NCBI GenBank assembly: GCA_964595205.1
Contig: CAZQOQ010000007.1
Location: forward strand, 40,369 to 104,368
Origin: an uncultured Flavobacteriales bacterium
GTDB lineage: Bacteria; Bacteroidota; Bacteroidia; AKYH767-A; 2013-40CM-41-45
DNA length: 64,000 bases
Direction: 5' to 3'
The notes beneath the pieces are model-generated. The model was not told the origin of the DNA. It saw only the letters and a list, made by a program, of their open reading frames with translations, and did no database searches. The position numbers and the translations under genes are program-made. Below, one piece after another: positions 1 to 8,980 of the stretch. Numbering within the stretch: position 1 is the first letter of the stretch; each line of letters opens with the position of its first letter.

Positions 1-587
1 TGATCTTTCAAATGAAACGAAGTAATGCCTGCCTTTCTTCCGCCTTCCACATGCTGAGGCGAATCATCGATGAAAATTGTCGTTTCAGGGTTCAGTTGAC
101 TGTCTTTTAAAACGAACTGGAAAATCCGTATATCCGGTTTACGCATGTGCAGGTGATGGGATAAATATATTTTTTCGAAGATGTCATCGAAAATAAAACT
201 CCCAAACTGATCCACGATCATTTTTCTATATGCAGTCTCGTGAATGCTATTGGTATTACTGAGTAGAAAAAGCCGGTGATCTTTTTTCAGTTCCATCAAC
301 AGGTTCACATTTTCGACAGGCAATCCAATCAGCAGAGCATTCCAGGCATTGCGAATTTCCTGGTCACCGGAACCGGAATGGCTTAACTTTCTTATCTCTG
401 AAAAAAAATCGCCTTCTGTGATATTTCCCTTTTCAAGGTCGTCAAAGAGCTTTGCCTGTGAGGATTTTGAATAGAGTATTGATGCTTCTTTTATCCCCAG
501 GTTTCGAAATGCCTCTGTAGTAAGTTTGTAGTCGATATCGAAAATAACTCCTCCCAGATCGAAGATGATGTTCCTGGATTCTTTCAT
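1..587 (-). CDS. HAD-family phosphatase (YihX/glucose-1-phosphatase-like), 3' end runs off the window
   Basis: Manual translation from ATG at 587 gives MKESRNIIFDLGGVIF (HAD motif I) and, near position 1, TIFIDDSPQHVEGGRKAGI (motif IV). The start overlaps the stop of the upstream gene (ATGA). Confidence 0.88.
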   Translation of the reverse strand, partial: MKESRNIIFDLGGVIFDIDYKLTTEAFRNLGIKEASILYSKSSQAKLFDDLEKGNITEGDFFSEIRKLSHSGSGDQEIRNAWNALLIGLPVENVNLLMELKKDHRLFLLSNTNSIHETAYRKMIVDQFGSFIFDDIFEKIYLSHHLHMRKPDIRIFQFVLKDSQLNPETTIFIDDSPQHVEGGRKAGITSFHLKD

Positions 588-1471
588 AACAAAGTTCGGT
601 TGATTTTTATAAGGTTTGCTTTTCCGTCCTTTCCCTCATCAGAAATGTACATACTGCCGTCCTTTGAAAACGTGAGACCCTCTGGTTGTTTGAAGATACG
701 GGGATTGAGGCGGACAGCAAATTTTATTTTTCCATCATAACTCATATTGAGAATGGTTTTACCAACGGATGAAAGGATAAAAATATCGTTTGTAAACGGA
801 TCGATGCACAATTCAGAGGGTTCAAAGATAAAACGATCTTCGTTGGTTTTTTTTCTGAAAATCCGGTTAAATACATTTTCACTGGCAATCGGGATGATGT
901 GTGCATTAATGGAATCGGGGTCGAGAATATAAACAGGCTGTTCCGACAACTCCCTCTTATGAAGATCGAAGCTGTAGATGGCCTTTGTCCCCCGCGGAGC
1001 AGTACCTTTCTCAGGCTTCCCTTTGCATGCAATCAGCAGACGGTGGAGATTCTTGTCAAAACAAAGTCCCTCGCAATTGTTTTCCTTCGATAAAAACGTT
1101 TTATAACTTTTCGCATAGCCGGTCTCGCTGGTCGTGTCGATTTCGAAGATCACACCGTTGCTGCAAAGAACAAATAAAGTGTCATTCACATTGGCTACCC
1201 CTTCATAATCTTTGTCCTTTGAAAATGGAATTGTGTTCCTTAACCGGGCTTTCTTGATGTTGTAGAAATAGATGATACCCTTTTCATCCTGTATGCAGGC
1301 AAGCTCATTTTTCCTGTAGAATGAAATTCCGGATATTTCATGCAGACTCTGGGGAAGTTTAAGCACCACTTCGGGATGTTCGAAATCGAAGGGAAGAATG
1401 TTTTTTGTCGGCGATGAACAATTGATGAAAAGAAAAAAAAGAAGAAAAAATACGACCGGCTTCAGATACAT
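584..1471 (-). CDS. SdiA-regulated/YjiK-like beta-propeller protein, probably a lipoprotein
   Basis: Hydrophobic N-terminus ending INC; motifs LHEISGI, IQDEKG, DYEGV, EGLCFD and KQPEGLTF are typical of the SdiA-regulated domain. Confidence 0.75.
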   Translation of the reverse strand: MYLKPVVFFLLFFLFINCSSPTKNILPFDFEHPEVVLKLPQSLHEISGISFYRKNELACIQDEKGIIYFYNIKKARLRNTIPFSKDKDYEGVANVNDTLFVLCSNGVIFEIDTTSETGYAKSYKTFLSKENNCEGLCFDKNLHRLLIACKGKPEKGTAPRGTKAIYSFDLHKRELSEQPVYILDPDSINAHIIPIASENVFNRIFRKKTNEDRFIFEPSELCIDPFTNDIFILSSVGKTILNMSYDGKIKFAVRLNPRIFKQPEGLTFSKDGSMYISDEGKDGKANLIKINRTLL

Positions 1472-1538
1472 TACCCTGTAAAAGTCGGAAGGATGAATTA
1501 AAATACTATGAAGAGGAGTTTTTTTAATGTATAAATTT

Positions 1539-1546
1539 CAAAGTTA
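1539..1546 (-). promoter_or_regulatory. Bacteroidota housekeeping -7 promoter element (TAACTTTG) for the SdiA-like/HAD operon
   Basis: Exact TAnnTTTG match about 70 nt upstream of the ATG at 1471. Confidence 0.55.
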
Positions 1547-1556
1547 GTGTTGGTTA

Positions 1557-1628
1557 ACACTAACACTTACACTTACACTAACACTTACACTTACACTTAC
1601 ACTTACACTTACACTAACACTTACACTA
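1557..1628. repeat. Hexamer tandem repeat (ACACTT/ACACTA) x12
   Basis: Read directly. Its left end folds back as GTTAGTGTT(1543-1551)-ggtt-AACACTAAC(1556-1564). Confidence 0.95.
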
Positions 1629-1644
1629 CACTGAAAAGCCATAA

Positions 1645-1775
1645 TGAATTCCCGATATTTCCTGCAAACTTTAGTATAGTTTCTGAATGATCGAAATCCA
1701 ATGGAAGATTATTATTTGTCGGCAACTAACAATTAAAGAAAAGAAGAACAAATGGAAGGGTGAAAAGAATACGAG
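1645..1775 (-). pseudogene. Decayed copy of the 5' end of the SdiA-like gene
   Basis: 1692-1723 matches 1381-1412 at 27/32 nt. It translates as NC*LPTNNNLPLDFDHSETILK, then frameshifts to LQEISGI; the intact gene reads NCSSPTKNILPFDFEHPEVVLKLPQSLHEISGI. Confidence 0.75.
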
Positions 1776-1777
1776 AG

Positions 1778-1943
1778 GGTGAGTGTGGGTTTGAGTTTGA
1801 GTTTGAGTTTGAGTTTGAGTTTGAGTTTGAGTTTGAGTTTGAGTGTAAGTGTTAGTGTAAGTGTAAGTGTTAGTGTAAGTGTAAGTGTAAGTTTGAGTTT
1901 GAGTGTGAGTGTGAAGCACACACACTCACACCCAAACTCAAAC
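1778..1943. repeat. Compound hexamer repeat (TTTGAG)9-(TGTAAG/TGTTAG)8-(TTTGAG)2-TGTGAG ending in a 23-bp fold-back hairpin
   Basis: Read directly. Hairpin arms 1891-1913 and 1921-1943 are complementary at 22/23 positions. Confidence 0.95.
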
Positions 1944-1950
1944 TGAAAAG

Positions 1951-2024
1951 TGGGCCCTGATGGAATCGAACCATCCACCCACAGATTATGAGTCTGTTGC
2001 TCTAACCGAATGAGCTAAGGGCCC
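1951..2024 (-). tRNA. tRNA-Ile2 (anticodon CAU, lysidine-modified type); CCA not encoded
   Basis: Minus strand reads GGGCCCTTAGCTCATTCGGTTAGAGCAACAGACTCATAATCTGTGGGTGGATGGTTCGATTCCATCAGGGCCCA. It forms a cloverleaf with a CAT anticodon, and the acceptor and D stems resemble ileX-type rather than Met tRNAs. Confidence 0.85.
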
Positions 2025-2041
2025 TATGGAATAAAGGGTCA

Positions 2042-2049
2042 CAAATGTA
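2042..2049 (-). promoter_or_regulatory. -7 promoter element (TACATTTG) for tRNA-Ile2
   Basis: Exact TAnnTTTG match 18 nt upstream of the tRNA 5' end. Confidence 0.65.
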
Positions 2050-2143
2050 TCTTTTCAATCCTTGAATTACAAATAGTTTGAACATTGTTTCGTTTTTGAT
2101 TCGGGCAATTCCTTATCTTTCAATCGTTAATTTCCACGCTACT

Positions 2144-2827
2144 ATGAAAAACCTTGTCATCTTCACTCTTGTACTACTTTCTTTAGGGTCATCAGCCCAG
2201 GATAAACCCCTTAAAAAAGAAGTGGCAAATTATGTTCAGCGGGAGGACAAACTCATTCTAAATTTTACCTCCGACAACTGGTCAGGCCTGCCTGCTGAAT
2301 TTACCAGTAAACCGTTTCGCTCTCGCGGATTTTCTTTTCTCCTGATGAACGACCGTATGAATGCGAGCGGAAATTTCGGCGTTGGACTCGGCCTTGGATT
2401 CATGTCGCAAAATGTACATACCGATGCTGCAGTTATTGACACAACCGCCGATGAGTCATCAGCAAGCCTCATCAAAATTCCCGACAGTCTGAACTATGAC
2501 CTGAATAAACTATCACTCAATTTCATCACCGCTGCCTTAGAATTGAGATTTCGCACAAACCTCAACAGCCATGGCGAAAGATTCAAGTTCAGTTTCGGTG
2601 TGGTTGCCGGCATACTTGTTCAGAGCCACACAAAATACGAGGACGATAGCGGAAAATTCAAGACATACCACGTTAAGCACTTAAATAATTTTCAGTATGG
2701 ACTCTCCGGTCGTATCGGCTACGACAATTATGCATTTACCGGCTATTACTCGCTGGCCAATGTCTTCCAGGACGGTGAAGGACCTGAACTGACACCATAT
2801 TCTCTTGGTATTTCCTTTACTTTCTGA
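2144..2827 (+). CDS. Outer-membrane beta-barrel (porin family/PorT-like) protein
   Basis: Signal peptide from ATG 2144 (MKNLVIFTLVLLSLGSSAQ), amphipathic strands, PLELRFR-like motif AALELRFR, and C-terminal aromatic residue (GISFTF). The ORF track start at 2078 is probably too far upstream. Confidence 0.75.
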   Translation: MKNLVIFTLVLLSLGSSAQDKPLKKEVANYVQREDKLILNFTSDNWSGLPAEFTSKPFRSRGFSFLLMNDRMNASGNFGVGLGLGFMSQNVHTDAAVIDTTADESSASLIKIPDSLNYDLNKLSLNFITAALELRFRTNLNSHGERFKFSFGVVAGILVQSHTKYEDDSGKFKTYHVKHLNNFQYGLSGRIGYDNYAFTGYYSLANVFQDGEGPELTPYSLGISFTF

Positions 2828-2835
2828 CCAGTAAT

Positions 2836-3444
2836 TTAAATACTCAGAATCAGGTATTCGCAAAAAAATCCGATAAAGAAGCCAACGTATATCTGTGATG
2901 GCCTGTGTGCACCCAGCGTTACTCTGGCTACGCCAAGCAGCCCGGCAACCAGCAGGCATCCGATTATCATCATCCTCAAGTCGACCAGTAAAAATGCAGA
3001 GAGGCCGAAAAATGTTCCGATCAGGCCACCCATTCCAATCATGTGAATGCTAATCTTCCACTTTATGTTTACAATCATGGCAATGGTGACGGCTGCTGCA
3101 GCACCCAGCGTCAGCAGAAAAAAGGCCCGCGGCAGCCTGAGCTTGTAAATCATAAAGGAGGCGAGAAGGATTAAAACCAGGTTTGTAAAATATGGCATCA
3201 TCCGCTCTTCCCGTTTCTCCATCTCAAAAGATTTTATCCACCCTCGTTTTATAAGGATATACGAGATGATAACGGGCAAGGCAAGTGTGTTAAGAAGAAT
3301 AATGGAGTAGAGCGCAATCTTCGCTTCAGGGGATACAGAATATGAAAAATATGTGCTCTGGCGGAAAATCAGCAGCAGCGCATACGTTGGCATCAGAACA
3401 GGATGCAATACTACCGAAAGAAATTGAGCAAACTTTTTATTCAT
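2836..3444 (-). CDS. PAP2-superfamily-like integral membrane protein
   Basis: Six hydrophobic segments, KISIHM motif and ARVTLGAHRPSQIYVG motif; translationally coupled to rpoN. Confidence 0.6.
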   Translation of the reverse strand: MNKKFAQFLSVVLHPVLMPTYALLLIFRQSTYFSYSVSPEAKIALYSIILLNTLALPVIISYILIKRGWIKSFEMEKREERMMPYFTNLVLILLASFMIYKLRLPRAFFLLTLGAAAAVTIAMIVNIKWKISIHMIGMGGLIGTFFGLSAFLLVDLRMMIIGCLLVAGLLGVARVTLGAHRPSQIYVGFFIGFFCEYLILSI

Positions 3445-4913
3445 AGTTCTTTGCGGAGACGCGCTACCGGTATGTCGAGCATTTCACGGTATTTCGCAAC
3501 TGTTCTTCTCGCAATATTATATCCCTTTTGATTAAGAACCTTCATCAACGCATCGTCAGTCATAGGAGCTCGCTTATCCTCTGCACTCACACAATCAAGG
3601 AGTATCTGTTTCACTTCTTTGCTCGATACTTCTTCACCACTTTCTGTCTGCATTCCCTCGGAGAAGAAACTCTTCAGCAAAAATGTTCCAAAGGGAGTCT
3701 GAACATATTTACTGTTTGCAACCCTCGAAACGGTCGAAATATCCATACCGATTTTTTCTGCAATGTCACGGAGAACCATCTTCTTCAGTTTTCGCATGTC
3801 GCCATCCTGGAAATACTCGTACTGGTATTCCATGATCGTATGCATCGTCTGGTAAAGAGTATGCTGGCGCTGCTTCAATGCATCGATGAACCACCTGGCC
3901 GAATCGAGTTTCTGTTTTACGAACTGAATCGCCGTACGGTTTGCCTTCACATTTTTCTTGTCCTTGCTGTAATGATCGAGCATTTCTTTATAATCCCGGC
4001 TCACCTTCAGATCAGGAGCATTCCGGGCATTCAATGTCAGCTCCAGGACTCCGTCATTATTGGTGATGATGAAATCAGGAATGATATGTTCGATCGACCT
4101 TGGTCCCTGGTTCATCGTATTTCCCGGCCGGGGATTAAGCTTCAGTATCTCCCTGATCGCTTTCTTCATCGTGTCGTCCGTAATGTTCATCTCCCTTCCG
4201 ATCTTTTCGTAATGCTTCCTCGAGAATTCGTCGAAGTAATCTGTGAGGATCTTTCTCGCCATTTGGATTGATTCACGATCCGATTCCTTGCGGTTCAGTT
4301 GCAGCAGCAAGCATTCCTGCAAAGTGCGTGCACCTGTCCCTGGCGGATCAAGGGTCTGAATGGAAGACAAAATTCCGGCGAGTTCTTCAACCGTCGTATG
4401 AATGTTTTGAGAAAATGCGAGGTCGTCGACAATGGCCGGCAATTCCCTGCGTAGATATCCGTCATCATCGATGCTTCCGATCAGCTGCTCGGCGATATGA
4501 TGTTTACGTTCGTTTAGTTCAAGGAGATATAGCTGGGACAATAAGTAGTCCTGGAAATTTCCCTGCACGCCAAGAGGAATTTCTCTTCGTTCATCGTCAG
4601 GAGAGGAATTATTAACGGATGTTTTATAGTCAGGAATTTCATCGTCATCCATGTATTCATCAAGACTGATATCATCATCCCGTTCTCCCAACTCTTCATC
4701 ATCCTCGCTTGTGACGGGCTCTTCTTCTTCTTCGGTATTGTACTCCTCCTCTTCCTCCACTCCTTCCTCAAGTGCGGGATTCTCCTGGATCTCTTCTTTG
4801 ATTCGTTGTTCAAGGTTAGCAACGTTGATTTGCAAAAGCTTCATCAGCTGAATTTGCTGTGGAGAGAGCTTTTGCAACATCTTCTGATGCAATCCCTGTC
4901 GTAATGTGCTCAT
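3441..4913 (-). CDS. rpoN: RNA polymerase sigma-54 factor
   Basis: Gln/Leu-rich N-terminus (QKLSPQQIQLMKLLQ), MDISTVSRV HTH, and RpoN box ARRTVAKYRE. Confidence 0.98.
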   Translation of the reverse strand: MSTLRQGLHQKMLQKLSPQQIQLMKLLQINVANLEQRIKEEIQENPALEEGVEEEEEYNTEEEEEPVTSEDDEELGERDDDISLDEYMDDDEIPDYKTSVNNSSPDDERREIPLGVQGNFQDYLLSQLYLLELNERKHHIAEQLIGSIDDDGYLRRELPAIVDDLAFSQNIHTTVEELAGILSSIQTLDPPGTGARTLQECLLLQLNRKESDRESIQMARKILTDYFDEFSRKHYEKIGREMNITDDTMKKAIREILKLNPRPGNTMNQGPRSIEHIIPDFIITNNDGVLELTLNARNAPDLKVSRDYKEMLDHYSKDKKNVKANRTAIQFVKQKLDSARWFIDALKQRQHTLYQTMHTIMEYQYEYFQDGDMRKLKKMVLRDIAEKIGMDISTVSRVANSKYVQTPFGTFLLKSFFSEGMQTESGEEVSSKEVKQILLDCVSAEDKRAPMTDDALMKVLNQKGYNIARRTVAKYREMLDIPVARLRKEL

Positions 4914-5044
4914 AAAGAATATAAAAAGTAATTGACTTTACGCAATTTACGAAAGTCGGCGGAGAAATAAAGCGTTTTTTTTGATTAATTTCTAAAAAAG
5001 AATTCGACAATTATTTAGAGATAGATATAAAACAACGTGCGTTA

Positions 5045-5178
5045 TTAACCACAAAGGACACGAAGGCTACACAAAGTACACGGAGAAAAAATTAGTTCAA
5101 TTAATCAGAATATTTCAAGAATACGTGAGCCATATTACTTTGTGATCTTTGTGCAGCCTTCGTGTCCTTTGTGGTTAA
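5045..5178. repeat. MITE/REP-like element with 32-bp terminal inverted repeats
   Basis: 5045-5076 (TTAACCACAAAGGACACGAAGGCTACACAAAG) is the reverse complement of 5147-5178 at 31/32 nt, with a 70-bp spacer. Confidence 0.8.
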
Positions 5179-5216
5179 AAAATACAGGTTGATCCTTTAT
5201 AAAAGGAGAAAAATAA

Positions 5217-6311
5217 TTAATGATACCATACCCAGCCTTCTAAATTTTTTCCACGAAGACTGTCGGCAAGTGAAACAGCATCTGAGACATTTGTGAAATC
5301 ATTATAAGAAACATAATGACAATCATTTGCCTCGATAATCCGTGCATTCGAAAATCCTGCCCGCTGAAGATTCAAAAGTAATCCATCTGCATTTTCCTTT
5401 ATCTTAAAAACTCCTGCTATGAGAAAATGTTTTTTAGTTTTCACGGCAGAAACATTCTCTTCAACTGTCGCAGGAGGAGGTTTGATCACAGTCGTCTCCG
5501 GAACAATTTCAACGGCTGTTACGGGTGAATTATTTTCAGCAATTGTAGCGGTGGTTTCGGCAATTCCTTCCGTCGAACCTGTGTTTTCAACGGTTATTTC
5601 AGAATCATTATTCTGTACATCCGCCGGGATGTTACGGATGGAATCGGATTTGCTGATCACGGTGGTCTGGCTGTCGAACGGATTCAACGACGTCGACTCA
5701 TATTTTTTCGGAGCGACGAAATAAAGATTCAATCCCACCCATACCAGCGCCGCGCCGACTATTGCTGCACCGAGGTATCTTTTATTCTTTTTTGCCGAGA
5801 CTGTCTTTTCGTTCCTGTCAATCACAGGAGGCAGGGAAGGACGGATGGTTTTATCTGGGGTAAATTTTTTGGTTTCCTTTTTCTCTTCTCTTTCGATCGG
5901 TAAAAAATGGACAGGTTCCATTCCGAAGGACTCTTTCAGATGGTTGAATTTTCGTGAAGCTTCAAATTGTATGTTTTTTTCCTTATCGTAAAAGAGGGCG
6001 CCGACCTCGATTATGTTTACTCTTTTACCATTGTCGAGATTCTCGAAACATTCTGTTGTGAAGTTTTCGATCAGCCGTGTTGCTTCCGAATATGGAATGT
6101 TCTCCGAATTGACCAGGTGATTTGCGAGGAGGCCGTCGTTCTGTTTCAGGTAAACGTTAAAAGCGATTCGCCGGTATGGCGGGAAGATGATATGATTGGG
6201 GAGCTGTATGCGCGACGATTCATTTGATGCAAGGAATCCTCCCAAAGAAGGGACAATCACGCAATCGTGATCAAACAAAAGTTCACTGATATGTCTGCCT
6301 ATTTTCTCCAC
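5217..6311 (-). CDS. SPOR-domain protein with N-terminal HU-like (CCDC81-type) domains
   Basis: N-terminal HISELLFDHDCVIVPSLGGF motif, one TM helix, and a C-terminal SPOR-like segment (HFLIAGVFKIKENA). Confidence 0.8.
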   Translation of the reverse strand: MEKIGRHISELLFDHDCVIVPSLGGFLASNESSRIQLPNHIIFPPYRRIAFNVYLKQNDGLLANHLVNSENIPYSEATRLIENFTTECFENLDNGKRVNIIEVGALFYDKEKNIQFEASRKFNHLKESFGMEPVHFLPIEREEKKETKKFTPDKTIRPSLPPVIDRNEKTVSAKKNKRYLGAAIVGAALVWVGLNLYFVAPKKYESTSLNPFDSQTTVISKSDSIRNIPADVQNNDSEITVENTGSTEGIAETTATIAENNSPVTAVEIVPETTVIKPPPATVEENVSAVKTKKHFLIAGVFKIKENADGLLLNLQRAGFSNARIIEANDCHYVSYNDFTNVSDAVSLADSLRGKNLEGWVWYH

Positions 6312-6423
6312 CGCTTGTTAGTTGCGCTAAAATAGGAAATTTGGATTATCTTCTATGGAGATTTTGGCTTATTTTTATAATTGCCTGAAATAGCAGCAGA
6401 AAAATGAGAGAGGTAAAAATAAA

Positions 6424-6882
6424 TCATTTGGGATTGCCCCTGAGTTTGTCAAGCAGCCTGTTCAGCTCCTTTATTTCATTTTGATCCAGGGTAGAAAAAT
6501 TTTTTTCGAATTCAACATCTTCTTTGTCGATTTCAGCGAGCAGGCTTAATCCATTGTTTGTAATTTTCACGTCACAGGCACGTCGGTCGCATTCGCTGAT
6601 ATTTCTCTCGATAAAACCCTTCACGCGAAGTTTCTCAACAATCCGTGAAGCATCACTCATTTTGTCGAGCATGCGTTCACGGATTAATTTTACGTTTACT
6701 GGATTCGGATGTTGTCCTCGCAGAATTCTCAGAACATTATACTGTTGCGTCGTAAGTTTATACGGTTTCAGCATTGAAATATTCAATGCGTTCAGCCAGT
6801 TGAATGTAAAGACGAGATTAACTCCCAATTTGTGCGTATCGTTTCGAAATTTCTTCTGATGGATTTCCTTTTCGAGTTCCAT
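6424..6882 (-). CDS. MarR-family transcriptional regulator
   Basis: LTTQQYNVLRILRG, SDASRIVEKL and DRRACDVKIT winged-helix motifs. Confidence 0.93.
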   Translation of the reverse strand: MELEKEIHQKKFRNDTHKLGVNLVFTFNWLNALNISMLKPYKLTTQQYNVLRILRGQHPNPVNVKLIRERMLDKMSDASRIVEKLRVKGFIERNISECDRRACDVKITNNGLSLLAEIDKEDVEFEKNFSTLDQNEIKELNRLLDKLRGNPK

Positions 6883-6886
6883 GATA

Positions 6887-7597
6887 TTAATTCATTGGTA
6901 CCTCAATGATAAGAATTTCGGAATCATTTCCGGCAATGATGTTAATATTTTCCGCATCGGAAACGCCGATGGCATCCCTCCTGGAAAGCGTTTCACCATC
7001 AACTTCCACAGAACCTTCAACGACCATAATGTAGGCGCCATTGCCTTTTTTATTCAGGTCGTATCGGATGGACCTGCCTTTTTCGATTTTACTCAGCGAA
7101 ATGGCTGCGTCCTGATGAATGTACAATTCTCCGTTCTTTTTAAATCCGGAAGCAACGGTCTGTACATGATTCAATCGCTGTGCCGGGTCAATTGTCTTCT
7201 GATCATACCGGGGCTTGATGCCGTTTTCTTTCGGGAACACCCACAACTGAAAGAGGTTCACTTCTTCGTTTGAAGACGGATTGAATTCGGAGTGCATCAC
7301 GCCGGTGCCGGCGCTCATCACCTGTACATCGCCGGGTCGGATAATGGATCCGTTTCCCATGTTGTCGCGATGCTGGAGCGCTCCTTTCAGTATGATGGTA
7401 ATAATTTCCATGTCGTTGTGCGGATGCATTCCGAAGCCTTCTCCTGCCGCGACGATGTCGTCGTTCAATACTCTGAGCATGCCGAAATGAACTTTTGAAG
7501 GATCATACCAGTTTGCAAAACTGAAACTATGATGTGCATTCAGCCAGCCGTGATCAGCATGGCCGCGTTCCGATGCACGATGAATGATTTTTTTCAT
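6887..7597 (-). CDS. Pirin-family protein (YhhW-like)
   Basis: HPHNDMEIIT and QVMSAGTGVMHSEFN pirin iron-binding motifs. Confidence 0.95.
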   Translation of the reverse strand: MKKIIHRASERGHADHGWLNAHHSFSFANWYDPSKVHFGMLRVLNDDIVAAGEGFGMHPHNDMEIITIILKGALQHRDNMGNGSIIRPGDVQVMSAGTGVMHSEFNPSSNEEVNLFQLWVFPKENGIKPRYDQKTIDPAQRLNHVQTVASGFKKNGELYIHQDAAISLSKIEKGRSIRYDLNKKGNGAYIMVVEGSVEVDGETLSRRDAIGVSDAENINIIAGNDSEILIIEVPMN

Positions 7598-8172
7598 TTT
7601 ATTTTTACTCCAAAATTATTTATATAAACTAATTCTTTTAAGGGAAGCCTGGTACTCGCTACCAGTTCCCGTTCCCGCAAAGGAAGCGGTAATGTATCCG
7701 GATTTCCCTTGTAACCGAGTGCAATGATACTGACAGGTTCGAAATTTTCCGGAATATCGAAAGCTTTTCTCGCACCTTCGCGATTGAAACCGCCCATATG
7801 ATGTAAAAATATGTTCATGGACATAGCCTGCAACGACAGGTTACCTACAGCCAGGCCAACGTCGTGCCATGCATACGAATTTGGTTTGTTAATGGCAGTA
7901 TGGTTTTTGTTGGCCACTGTTAAGATTAAAGCCGCTGCGTGTTTTGCCCAGTTCCTGTTGGATTCATTAAGACATTCCAACATGCGTTGAAAGGAATCCT
8001 CGTTGTCTTTTTTCACTGCTATAAACCGCCATGGTTGTTCGTTCATCGACGATGGTGCGAGGCGTGCGGCTTCTATTAATGTAAGAAGATCATCATCGCT
8101 GATTTCTTTTTCTGAAAACGCTCTTATGCTTTTTCTGTCGCTTATTAACTGATGTACTTTCATTTTTTTCAA
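7594..8172 (-). CDS. Nitroreductase-family protein
   Basis: RKSIRAF, APSSMNEQPWRF and HHMGGF motifs. Confidence 0.93.
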   Translation of the reverse strand: MKKMKVHQLISDRKSIRAFSEKEISDDDLLTLIEAARLAPSSMNEQPWRFIAVKKDNEDSFQRMLECLNESNRNWAKHAAALILTVANKNHTAINKPNSYAWHDVGLAVGNLSLQAMSMNIFLHHMGGFNREGARKAFDIPENFEPVSIIALGYKGNPDTLPLPLRERELVASTRLPLKELVYINNFGVKIK

Positions 8173-8281
8173 TCAGGTTTTCCTGATTCACAATTTAATT
8201 CACTTTATTTCTTTTGAACAATAGTTTTTAGAATTCGGAACCCGGAAAAATTTCTCCGGATCCCAAAAACTAACCACACTA

Positions 8282-8860
8282 TCACTGTTTAATCAACACC
8301 CCATCCATCCAGAATTCAACATCATCGGACACTACTGCTTCACCCGTTGCTGCTGCATTCTTGTAATTTAAATTAAATTCTTTCCGGTTAATCTTTCCGG
8401 TTGCTTTGAATCCGGCCTTTATATTACCCCATGGATCTTTCACGGTTCCTCCATATACAAAAGGGATCTGAACTGTTTTTGTCACGTCCCTGATCGTCAG
8501 GTCGCCGGTAAGAATGTAATTTTTCTTATCGATCATCTTTATCCTCTTGCTTTTGAATGTAATCGTTGGAAATTTTTCAGCATTAAAAAAGTCGTCGCTC
8601 TTTAAATGATTATCGCGCATTTCGTTATCGGTCGTAATGCTTTTAACATCGATGGTAATGTCTGTCTTCAGATCCGTCCAGTCTTCTTTTGCCGAGGTCA
8701 CGTTTCCTTCAAACTTTTTGAATTCGCCTTCCACTTCGGAAATGACTAAGTAATCTGCTTTGAAATGAATCTTGGAATGCGCCGGATCCAGTTTCCAGTT
8801 TTGCGCGGATGATGAAATGCTGATTGCAAGTGCTGCAAATGCGAGTGTGATTTTTTTCAT
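8282..8860 (-). CDS. YceI-family polyisoprenoid-binding protein
   Basis: Signal peptide; WKLDPAHS, RDNHLKSDDFF and GDLTIRDVTK motifs. Confidence 0.95.
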   Translation of the reverse strand: MKKITLAFAALAISISSSAQNWKLDPAHSKIHFKADYLVISEVEGEFKKFEGNVTSAKEDWTDLKTDITIDVKSITTDNEMRDNHLKSDDFFNAEKFPTITFKSKRIKMIDKKNYILTGDLTIRDVTKTVQIPFVYGGTVKDPWGNIKAGFKATGKINRKEFNLNYKNAAATGEAVVSDDVEFWMDGVLIKQ

Positions 8861-8898
8861 TGTCTGTATTTTTTTTAGGAGGTTTTAAATTAACGATG

Positions 8899-8906
8899 CA
8901 AATATA
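8899..8906 (-). promoter_or_regulatory. -7 promoter element (TATATTTG) for the yceI cluster
   Basis: Exact TAnnTTTG match about 40 nt upstream of the ATG at 8860. Confidence 0.65.
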
Positions 8907-8980
8907 CGTTAAAACATTAAATGTTATAACATTTAATTGAAAAAAATATAAAAGTATTTGAATTTCAATAATTTAATTTT

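Noticed and set aside
1671-1978. ORFs 1671-1925 and 1733-1978 with TQTQ, TYTY and LKLK runs
   Set aside because: They are translations of the hexamer repeat, and one overlaps the tRNA. Only the pseudogene-derived tail has protein-like sequence.
1951-2024. Calling the CAT-anticodon tRNA a Met tRNA
   Set aside because: It has a G1-C72 pair and lacks the three G-C anticodon-stem pairs of initiator tRNA, and overall it resembles ileX-type tRNAs. Elongator Met is not fully excluded without a covariance-model run.
2078-2143. ORF-track N-terminal extensions (porin at 2078; similarly ybeY at 20120)
   Set aside because: Downstream ATGs (2144 and 20042) give a proper signal peptide or family start and avoid overlap with neighbouring features.
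3528-4851. Long plus-strand ORFs (up to 247 aa) antisense to rpoN
   Set aside because: Shadow ORFs of a well-supported gene, with no recognisable motifs.
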